NCBI GenBank assembly: GCA_965197925.1
Contig: CBDAOC010000020.1
Location: 1-64,000, forward strand
Direction: 5' to 3'
DNA from: Nitrososphaerales archaeon
GTDB lineage: Archaea > Thermoproteota > Nitrososphaeria > Nitrososphaerales > UBA213
DNA: 64,000 bases
Of this stretch, positions 54,293-64,000 are shown in pieces. The position numbers were made by a program, and so were the translations under genes. The notes below the pieces were generated by a model that worked only from the letters and a program-made list of their open reading frames with translations, was not told the DNA's origin and did no database searches. Each line of letters opens with the position of its first letter. Position 1 is the first letter of the stretch.

Positions 54293-54545
54293 GCTACCTA
54301 TACACCCAAACATCCAACTATAGAAAAATTGTACCCCGCCCCAAACTAAAAAAATAAGAACCTAAATTTTAAACCTAACATATGGATCCATACGCATACA
54401 ACGAAATGTGTTGTTCCACAACAAGATTGCTAGTGGATTAGACAAAGATAAATGAGATTTTGGATTGTCACAGGTAATACAGGCCCCAAGATTCACATAA
54501 CATAAGAAGAGTTTTATATCAAGTATAGGAAGCGTATAGAAGGAT

Positions 54546-56096
<1,551 letters not shown>

Positions 56097-56470
56097 GTAA
56101 TGCTTTGTATTTAACAGACATGATTATATGGAAATACCTAACGATATATCAAGTAATCCACTTTAATCCAATTACCGAAATGACGAAACGGAACGGGGAA
56201 TAATGTTTTCTTCTCTAATATTTTCAGCCTGAATAAACTAAAAATAAACTAAAAAAATGATTAGAAACTCTTGATAATTTATAGCTAGTATATGCAATAA
56301 CCCTCTATTTTGGCCCATGTTTATAGATAGTATTAAATGATCAACAATCTAACTTCAGGGTTCTATTAAAGCGTCAGTAATTCAATATGATGCAGTCAAA
56401 AAACTTACATCATACTTGCCGAAACGCTAAAAGGAAGAGGATTATTTATTACAAGTTTGCAAACTCATTC

Positions 56471-56506
56471 ATTTACCTAATGTCCTGAATTTACCTAATG
56501 TCCTGA
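56471..56506. repeat. 18-bp tandem duplication
   Basis: ATTTACCTAATGTCCTGA twice. Confidence 0.8.
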
Positions 56507-56507
56507 A

Positions 56508-57236
56508 CTATCTGCTTACCATGATTCTTGCGCAAACACTTAAAAATTTAAAAATTTCTTTAAGGTCCAGTTTTGATCTACCATCTTTTCTATCCATAAA
56601 TATTATAGGTACCTCACAAATGTCAAATCCAGCTCGTTGAAGTTTGTACAGCATTTCTATTTGAAAAGCATATCCATCTGATTTGACCTTATCTATGAGT
56701 ATTTGCCGCAAGCAAAGTGATTTGAATGCCCTATATCCACTAGTGACATCTTTTATTCCAAGTCCGCACATATACCTAGCAACTTTGTTAGCTGAAGAGC
56801 TTAATGATTTTCTGTAGTAACCCCATCCAACTATGGTACCCCCATATATCCGTCTGCTTCCGACCGCAACATCTTTACCTTCGCTTAACATTCTCAACAA
56901 ATCGCGTATATATCCAGGATTATGTGAGTTGTCGGCATCCATTTGTACGATAATATCTGCATTGAATTTATCAAGCGCATATACAAAACCGTTCTTATAC
57001 GCAGAGCCTATACCCAACTTCCCGTTTCTGTGCAGCACAACTATATTACCATATTCTTTTGCAAGCTCTTCGGCAATGTCACCAGTGCCATCCGGGGAAA
57101 TATCATCTACTATTATTACTAACGAATCCATATCAATTTCTTTCAAAGTATTTTCGAGGGATTCAATCAACACTGGTAGATTCTCAGTCTCGTTATAGGT
57201 AGGGATCACTACAGCCATTCGATACAATTTTAACAC
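56508..57236 (-). CDS. Polyprenol/dolichol-phosphate mannosyltransferase (GT2)
   Basis: IPTYNE, VDD.SPDGT, QMDAD, D.TSGYR, GY.FQIE, G.SK. Confidence 0.9.
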   Translation of the reverse strand: MLKLYRMAVVIPTYNETENLPVLIESLENTLKEIDMDSLVIIVDDISPDGTGDIAEELAKEYGNIVVLHRNGKLGIGSAYKNGFVYALDKFNADIIVQMDADNSHNPGYIRDLLRMLSEGKDVAVGSRRIYGGTIVGWGYYRKSLSSSANKVARYMCGLGIKDVTSGYRAFKSLCLRQILIDKVKSDGYAFQIEMLYKLQRAGFDICEVPIIFMDRKDGRSKLDLKEIFKFLSVCARIMVSR

Positions 57237-57320
57237 AATAATATCTTCAACACAAAAAAACCTTTGGACACTTTACAGTAGATTGTTTGTAAAATAATAA
57301 AAAATGATAATGGTAAATGT

Positions 57321-58145
57321 CTATCGAGGTAGTACATTTAGTACCTGTATCTTTCTGCCTGCGACCACAATAGCACTCAAAGCTAATGCCAGTACAATCA
57401 CTGCAATGACACCAAACTCTGGAATCACTTGTGTACCAATAATCTCAATCTCTTCTGTTCCCGCTGGCACTGGAATTACCAATGTTCTCGAAGTAGATGT
57501 TATATCTTTTTCAGTAACATCCCCTTCATCTCCATCGACTAACACTATGTATTCATCATCTTGACCATTTATTTTTGAATCAATAAGCTGTCTAGGTAGT
57601 ACTATCTCCAGCATTCCATCCTCGCTAGAGCTTGTGCTCACGAAAATTATCACGCTCGTAAAGTCTGGATCTACATCTACACTCCTTATACTCCCATTGG
57701 AAATTTCAGCTTTGACATCGAAAACATTACCTTCAAACTCAAATCTTATAGTATCTTCCATTGGCGCTTCTCCCCCAGTGAACTCAAACGTTGTCTGCAC
57801 ACTTTTTCCAGAATATGTTGCCTTTACTGTATATATCCCATTTATTCCTAGTTTACCTCCAACCTTGAAGTCGAACGAAAATGTTCCATCAGAGATTGGT
57901 GTTGGCTGTCCTATTGTATACATTGTATTTCTAGGATTAAATACCTGAATAGCGACAGGCACACCCTCTAAAACTGCTGGTACGGTGCCTACTACTTTTA
58001 TTGTTTCACCCATACCAAAGCTTGCCTTGTCTACCCTTACAGTCAAAGTCCCCGCTTGTGAATATGCAAAGTTTGGGGCGACAGACATTAAAGTTGCGAA
58101 AATCACAGCTATTATAGCATATTTTGCGTAACGCATATCAGTCAT
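57321..58145 (-). CDS. PEFG-CTERM surface protein
   Basis: IEIIGTQVIPEFG followed by a TM helix and basic tail; IPR-type and VLVDG motifs. Confidence 0.9.
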   Translation of the reverse strand: MTDMRYAKYAIIAVIFATLMSVAPNFAYSQAGTLTVRVDKASFGMGETIKVVGTVPAVLEGVPVAIQVFNPRNTMYTIGQPTPISDGTFSFDFKVGGKLGINGIYTVKATYSGKSVQTTFEFTGGEAPMEDTIRFEFEGNVFDVKAEISNGSIRSVDVDPDFTSVIIFVSTSSSEDGMLEIVLPRQLIDSKINGQDDEYIVLVDGDEGDVTEKDITSTSRTLVIPVPAGTEEIEIIGTQVIPEFGVIAVIVLALALSAIVVAGRKIQVLNVLPR

Positions 58146-58341
58146 TCTCCAACGACCTATGTTTCTCTTGGTATATATCCTTTTATTAGATATATGAATG
58201 AAAAATTCAAGTTCAATATTTTATATAATATGCTACAAAATTCAATTCACAAGATTTATATATCTTTTTTCAAGAAATTACTATTTCGTGTTTAATTCTT
58301 TAGAAGTTTATAAGGAGGTTTATAATTGGAGGTCACTGTAA

Positions 58342-58596
58342 TTGTCGGATAAAACAAAAAATGATTTCGATGTGGTGAAGCATATTTATGTACCAAAGCA
58401 TGAGATAATGCCGAAGAGGGAGGCGGATGAAATTTTGTCTATTTATAATGTAAGACAGGAACAGTTGCCTATCATATTTTTAAGCGATCCTGTTATGAAA
58501 GAGCTTGATCCAAAGCGAGGAGATATGATAAAGATCACAAGGAAAAGTTCTACAGCGGGCGAGAGTGTATATTATAGATACGTGGTAGAGGGATAA
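58342..58596 (+). CDS. rpo5: RNA polymerase subunit H (Rpo5)
   Basis: H.YVPKHE, LP.I..SDP, R.S.TAG...YYR.V. Confidence 0.97.
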   Translation: MSDKTKNDFDVVKHIYVPKHEIMPKREADEILSIYNVRQEQLPIIFLSDPVMKELDPKRGDMIKITRKSSTAGESVYYRYVVEG

Positions 58597-58599
58597 GAT

Positions 58600-61500
58600 T
58601 TGACCATGAACAGAATGGACATGTGGACAATAGTAAATGATATTTTGCTCCGAGAGGGAGTTGCAAGGCAACACCTTAATTCATACAACGAGTTTATGGA
58701 GCATGGTTTACAGAGTATTATAGACGAAGTTAATGCGGTGATAATAGAAACATCAGAGTATCCTTACAAGATCCAGCTTGGTAAGTTAAAATTGCAACAA
58801 GCGAGGATAATGGAGCTAGATGGTTCTATTACTCATCTTACTCCTGTAGAGGCTAGACTTCGCAATCTAACATATGGTGCCCCAATAATGCTGGAATGCA
58901 GTGTCGTTGAAGATGGAAAGATCCTCGAGTCCAAATTCATACATGTAGGTGATATGCCAGTAATGGTAAAATCCAATGCCTGCATTTTGCATAATTTACC
59001 GGAAAGCAGACTTGTAGAATATGGGGAAGACCACAAAGATCCTGGCGGGTATTTTATTATTAACGGTTCTGAACGTGTAATAGTAGGACTTGAAGATCTA
59101 TCATACAACAAAATAATAGTAGATGAAGAGGAGACGACCACAGCCCTAGTTTATAAAGCAAAAGTCTACTCTTCGATAGTTGGATATAGAGCAAAGCTGG
59201 AGTTAGTAATGAAGCAGGATGGCTCAATAGGAGCAAAGATTCCTGGATCACCAGTAGACATACCATTGGTAATAATTATTCGTGCTTTGGGTTTAGAAAT
59301 GGACAAAGATATTGCTGAGGCAGTATCACTCAAACCTATATTTCAGGACGAACTTGAACCATCATTCGAGAAGGCCGGAGAAGTTTCGACAGGAAAGGAA
59401 GCTGTGACGTACATAAGCAAGAGGATTGCACCAGGTATGTTGGAAGAGTTTCAAATAAAGAGGGCGGAGACGTTGCTCGATTGGGGGCTTCTTCCACATT
59501 TAGGCAAGAACCGAGATAATAGAGAAGAAAAGGCACGATTCCTAGGAGAAGCTTCTTGTAAGTTAATAGAATTGAAGCATGGTTGGGTAGATACTGATGA
59601 CAAAGATCATTATGGCAATAAAGTGATAAAGTTTGCAGGACAGATGCTAGCAGATTTATTCCGAACTGCATTTAGGAACCTGGTTAGGGATATGAAATAT
59701 CAACTGGAACGCTCTGGCCAAAAACGAGGTATTAACGCGGTAGCAGCTGCCATAAGACCGGGTATTATCAGTGATAAGCTTAACAATGCTATTGCTACTG
59801 GAAATTGGGGACGGGGAAGAGTAGGGGTGACCCAATTGCTTGACAGAACTAATTACCTTTCAACAATTAGTCACTTACGAAGAGTTCAATCCCCCTTAAG
59901 TAGAAGTCAACCCAACTTCGAAGCAAGAGATCTTCATCCAACACATTTTGGAAGGATTTGTCCCAATGAGACGCCAGAAGGGTCCAACTGTGGTCTTGTG
60001 AAAAATCTAGCACTCTCAGCATTAATTTCTGTAAGTGTACCTTCTGCAGAGGTTGTAGAAAAACTGTATGAATTGGGAGTAATGCATGTTGCTGATGCAA
60101 ATGATCCCTTGAAAGAGAATGGGAGTCGTGTATTTGTCGATGGAAGGTTCATCGGTTATGCAGAAAATGGTGATAAACTTGCAGAAACACTTAGGTTGTT
60201 AAGACGCTCGGGCAGCCTACATTCTCATATAGGCATATTTTCTTATACACCAACAATTGAAGATGCTACACCAAGAATATACATAAGTTGTAATGCGGGT
60301 AGAGTGCTGAGACCCTTAATAATTGTGAAAGATGGATTATCGCAGGTTACAGATGAAATACTTGAAAAGGTGGCAAAGAAGTTCTTGTCATGGCAAGATC
60401 TTCTTTCAATGGGCATAATTGATCTCATTGACGCTAATGAAGAAGAGAACAGTTATGTTGCTTTGGATACAGGATCCGTAACAAAGGAGAATACGCATGT
60501 AGAGATCTTCTCCCCGGCTATTCTGGGAGTAGCGGCCTCGATTATACCATACCCAGAACATAACCAATCACCCAGAAACACGTACGAGTCTGCAATGGCC
60601 AAGCAGTCACTAGGATTCTCAACGCCCTTGATGAACTACAGCACCTATGTAAGGCAGCACTTTATGCTTTACCCACAGATGCCTATTGTTAATACTCGAG
60701 CAGTATCATTGCTTGGACTTGGGGAGAGGCCTACAGGACAGAATTGTGTAGTAGCTGTTTTACCTTTCGAGGGCTATAATATTGAGGATGCTATAGTGAT
60801 CAACAAATCTTCAGTTGATAGAGGTTTAGCAAGGACCTTCTTCTATAGGGTTTATGAAGCTGAAGCTAAACAATACCCAGGAGGTATGCGGGACAATTTT
60901 GAAATTCCAGCGAGTGACACAAACATTAGGGGATACAGAGGGGAAAAGGCATACAGGTTGCTTGAGGCAGACGGTGCTGTAATGCATGAGTCTGTTGTAA
61001 TTGGTGGAGATATATTGATCGGGAGGACAAGTCCGCCTAGGTTTATGGAGGAATACAAGGAGTTCGAGGTTAGAGGACCATATAGAAGGGATACAAGTGT
61101 TGGTGTAAGATCATCGGAAAATGGTGTAGTAGATACTATTGTGGTGACGCAATCCTCGGAAGGAGGTAAGGTGTACAAGGTAAGGATTAGGGATATGCGA
61201 ATACCAGAGATCGGTGATAAATTTGCATCAAGACATGGACAGAAGGGAGTTATAGGTATGCTGGTAAATCATGAGGACATGCCTTATACAGTAGAAGGTA
61301 TAGTACCAGATGTTATTATAAATCCACATGCGTTTCCATCTAGAATGACCGTTGGTCAGTTTATGGAATCTGTAACAGGAAAAGGAGGTGCTCTAAGAGG
61401 ACATTTGGTAGATGGCACCGCATTCGTAGGTGAAAAATCTGATGACGTAAAAAGTGTACTTGAAAAATATGGGTTTAATTATAGTGGTAAGGAAGTGATG

Positions 61501-61950
61501 TATGATGGAAGGACTGGAAAGAAGTTTCCTGCTGATGTATTTATTGGTGTTGTCTACTTCCAGAAACTTCACCATATGGTAGCAGATAAGATACATTCCA
61601 GGGCAAGGGGACAAGTACAGATGCTTACTAAACAACCTACGGAAGGAAGAGCCCGCGGTGGGGGTCTAAGGTTTGGGGAGATGGAGCGAGATTGTTTGAT
61701 AGCATATGGTGCATCAATGTTGTTAAAGGACAGACTGCTTGAAGAGTCTGATAAAGCGGAAGTATATGTCTGTGAAAGATGTGGTTTACTCTCTTATTAT
61801 GATATAAAGCAGAGGAGATATGTATGCAGGGTGTGTGGCGATAAAGGAAGGGTATCATCTATCGTGATTGCATACGCATTCAAATTGTTGCTTCAGGAAG
61901 TGACTAGTCTCAATGTTGCTCCTAGGTTGCTAGTGAAGGATAAGGTCTAG
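58600..61950 (+). CDS. rpo2: RNA polymerase subunit B (Rpo2), unsplit
   Basis: ETPEG, GYNIED, GDKFASRHGQKG, GGLRFGEMERD. Confidence 0.99.
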   Translation: MTMNRMDMWTIVNDILLREGVARQHLNSYNEFMEHGLQSIIDEVNAVIIETSEYPYKIQLGKLKLQQARIMELDGSITHLTPVEARLRNLTYGAPIMLECSVVEDGKILESKFIHVGDMPVMVKSNACILHNLPESRLVEYGEDHKDPGGYFIINGSERVIVGLEDLSYNKIIVDEEETTTALVYKAKVYSSIVGYRAKLELVMKQDGSIGAKIPGSPVDIPLVIIIRALGLEMDKDIAEAVSLKPIFQDELEPSFEKAGEVSTGKEAVTYISKRIAPGMLEEFQIKRAETLLDWGLLPHLGKNRDNREEKARFLGEASCKLIELKHGWVDTDDKDHYGNKVIKFAGQMLADLFRTAFRNLVRDMKYQLERSGQKRGINAVAAAIRPGIISDKLNNAIATGNWGRGRVGVTQLLDRTNYLSTISHLRRVQSPLSRSQPNFEARDLHPTHFGRICPNETPEGSNCGLVKNLALSALISVSVPSAEVVEKLYELGVMHVADANDPLKENGSRVFVDGRFIGYAENGDKLAETLRLLRRSGSLHSHIGIFSYTPTIEDATPRIYISCNAGRVLRPLIIVKDGLSQVTDEILEKVAKKFLSWQDLLSMGIIDLIDANEEENSYVALDTGSVTKENTHVEIFSPAILGVAASIIPYPEHNQSPRNTYESAMAKQSLGFSTPLMNYSTYVRQHFMLYPQMPIVNTRAVSLLGLGERPTGQNCVVAVLPFEGYNIEDAIVINKSSVDRGLARTFFYRVYEAEAKQYPGGMRDNFEIPASDTNIRGYRGEKAYRLLEADGAVMHESVVIGGDILIGRTSPPRFMEEYKEFEVRGPYRRDTSVGVRSSENGVVDTIVVTQSSEGGKVYKVRIRDMRIPEIGDKFASRHGQKGVIGMLVNHEDMPYTVEGIVPDVIINPHAFPSRMTVGQFMESVTGKGGALRGHLVDGTAFVGEKSDDVKSVLEKYGFNYSGKEVMYDGRTGKKFPADVFIGVVYFQKLHHMVADKIHSRARGQVQMLTKQPTEGRARGGGLRFGEMERDCLIAYGASMLLKDRLLEESDKAEVYVCERCGLLSYYDIKQRRYVCRVCGDKGRVSSIVIAYAFKLLLQEVTSLNVAPRLLVKDKV

Positions 61951-61953
61951 TGT

Positions 61954-64000
61954 ATGGAAGATTCAATCAAGATAATAGGAGGAATAAAGTTCTCTGTATG
62001 GTCTCCTAGCGAGGTTAGGAAATATTCTGTGGCTGAAATTACTGCTCCGGAGACTTATGACGAGGATGGCATGTCGGTTCAAGGTGGGTTAATGGATAAT
62101 CGACTTGGTACTTTGGAACCTGGGCAGAAATGCGCCACTTGTGGAAGCACATCAGCAAGATGCCCAGGACACTTTGGTCATATAGAACTTGCAGAACCAG
62201 TTTTGCATATAGCCTTTGTCGATCAGTTGTACAAGCTTCTACTAGTTACATGCAGATCTTGCAACAGAATAAAGTTGCCTCAGGAAGAACTAGATGAATA
62301 CAAATCGAAATTAGTTGATAGACAGGCATATGCAGTATTTACCATTGAAAATATTCGAAAGGATATAATAGAAAAATGTAAGAAGATCAAAAGTTGCTCA
62401 CAATGTGGCAAAAATCAATACGATATCGTTTTTACAAAACCAACAATGTTCGTTGAAAAGACGGATATCGGCGAGAATAGATTACTTCCGATAACGATAA
62501 GAGAGAGGCTTACACATGTACCTGACGATGATCTTATACTGCTAGGGTTCGATCCCAAGACTGCCAGACCAGAATGGTTTATTCTTCAGGCATTACCCGT
62601 ACCTCCTGTTACTGTGAGACCATCTATAATTCTTGAAACTGGTATAAGATCAGAGGATGATATTACTCATAAGCTAGTTGATATTATAAGAGTAAATCAA
62701 AGACTAAAGGAAAGCAAGGAGGCGGGAACACCCCCACTTATTGTACAGGATTTGGTAGATCTGTTACAGTATCATGTTACGACTTACTTTGATAATGAGG
62801 TTTCAGGGATACCCCAGGCTCACCACAGATCAGGAAGACCATTAAAGACATTGACGCAGAGACTGAAAGGCAAGGAAGGGAGGTTCAGAGGAAGCTTGTC
62901 GGGAAAGAGAGTTGATTTTTCTAGTAGAACTGTGATCGCACCAGATCCAAACTTGGATATATCTGAAGTTGGGGTACCGGAAGACATCGTAAAAAAACTG
63001 ACAATTCCTGAAACTGTTTCTGAATGGAATATGGAAAGGTTAAAAGCTCTCATAATGAATGGTCCTAACAAATATCCTGGTGCAAATTACATAATAAGAT
63101 CTGATGGAGTGAAGATCAGACTTGACTTCGTTGTTGATAAGCAAGCCATAGCAGATTCCCTTGCTATAGGATACATTGTTGAGAGACATCTGTCGGATGG
63201 AGATATCGTCATGTTCAACAGACAGCCTTCATTGCATAGAATGTCAATTATGGCTCATTTTGTAAAAGTCTTGCCCTACAGAACATTCAGACTCCATCCT
63301 GCAGTATGCCCTCCATATAATGCTGACTTTGACGGTGACGAGATGAATCTTCACGTGCCCCAAAGCTATGAGGCTAGAGCGGAAGCGATGTTGTTAATGC
63401 AGGTTCATGACCAGCTGATATCACCACGGTATGGAGGTCCGATAATAGGAGCTATTAGGGACTTTATCACTGGGGCATATCTTCTGACCAAAGATGATAC
63501 TCATCTGACGAGGGAGGAGTTTTTTAATCTTGCACTACTTGGGGGTTATAGAGGCCGAAGCCCTAAACCGGAGAAAACAAAAGAAGGGGTAAAGTATTAT
63601 TCAGGAAAACAACTATTTTCACTATTCCTTCCCAAGGACTTTAATTACAATATCACATCGAAATGGTTAAAGAGCGCAAAGACTGGCAAGACTAAAGATG
63701 TAATAATAAAAAATGGTATGATGTTAGGTGGTGTAATAGATAAAGCATCTATCGGCGCGGAGGAACCTGATAGCGTTCTACATAGGATTGCAAAGGACTA
63801 TGGAACAGAAACTGCAAGGAAATTCTTGAACTCAATACTCATTATCTTGAAGGAATTTATAACACAGTATGGATTTACTTATGGTTACGGAGATTTACTA
63901 CTTTCAGCAGAAGCAAGGATGGAGATTAAGGAATTATTGAGGACGGCATATGATAAGGTAGACTTGCTGATCAAGCAATATAAAGAAGGAACACTTCAGC
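61954..64000 (+). CDS. rpo1: RNA polymerase largest subunit A (Rpo1), runs off the window
   Basis: Starts MEDSIK; CPGHFGH, GKRVDFS, FNRQPSLH and NADFDGDEM read in the sequence. Confidence 0.97.
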   Translation, partial: MEDSIKIIGGIKFSVWSPSEVRKYSVAEITAPETYDEDGMSVQGGLMDNRLGTLEPGQKCATCGSTSARCPGHFGHIELAEPVLHIAFVDQLYKLLLVTCRSCNRIKLPQEELDEYKSKLVDRQAYAVFTIENIRKDIIEKCKKIKSCSQCGKNQYDIVFTKPTMFVEKTDIGENRLLPITIRERLTHVPDDDLILLGFDPKTARPEWFILQALPVPPVTVRPSIILETGIRSEDDITHKLVDIIRVNQRLKESKEAGTPPLIVQDLVDLLQYHVTTYFDNEVSGIPQAHHRSGRPLKTLTQRLKGKEGRFRGSLSGKRVDFSSRTVIAPDPNLDISEVGVPEDIVKKLTIPETVSEWNMERLKALIMNGPNKYPGANYIIRSDGVKIRLDFVVDKQAIADSLAIGYIVERHLSDGDIVMFNRQPSLHRMSIMAHFVKVLPYRTFRLHPAVCPPYNADFDGDEMNLHVPQSYEARAEAMLLMQVHDQLISPRYGGPIIGAIRDFITGAYLLTKDDTHLTREEFFNLALLGGYRGRSPKPEKTKEGVKYYSGKQLFSLFLPKDFNYNITSKWLKSAKTGKTKDVIIKNGMMLGGVIDKASIGAEEPDSVLHRIAKDYGTETARKFLNSILIILKEFITQYGFTYGYGDLLLSAEARMEIKELLRTAYDKVDLLIKQYKEGTLQ

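Overview
Archaeal DNA, most likely Nitrososphaerota (Thaumarchaeota), judged from the rpo5-rpo2-rpo1 operon, a PEFG-CTERM protein and thaumarchaeal-type integrases. Bases 1 to about 54,300 are a decaying accessory mosaic. They hold several IS5-type and IS982-like insertion sequences, six copies of a ~140-bp MITE with IS903-like ends, and remnants of integrative or provirus-like elements. They also carry defence-type genes: YwgA-HD, cas4/cas1/cas2 with no array, GHKL-REase/Vsr/C5-MTase, a RelE-type TA pair and a TOPRIM protein. An ABC exporter module and a TPR protein lie in the same region. From about 54,500 onward the genes are intact core genes. The most striking structure is a 5,017-bp circularly permuted block (37395-42419) bounded by TCTAGAAG direct repeats. 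It splits a ywgA-like gene and apparently an IS, and it carries a cas fragment held between two inverted MITEs. This suggests MITE-driven capture of DNA and integration of a circle, though an assembly artefact cannot be excluded without reads. All family calls come from motif recognition by eye, not from database searches.
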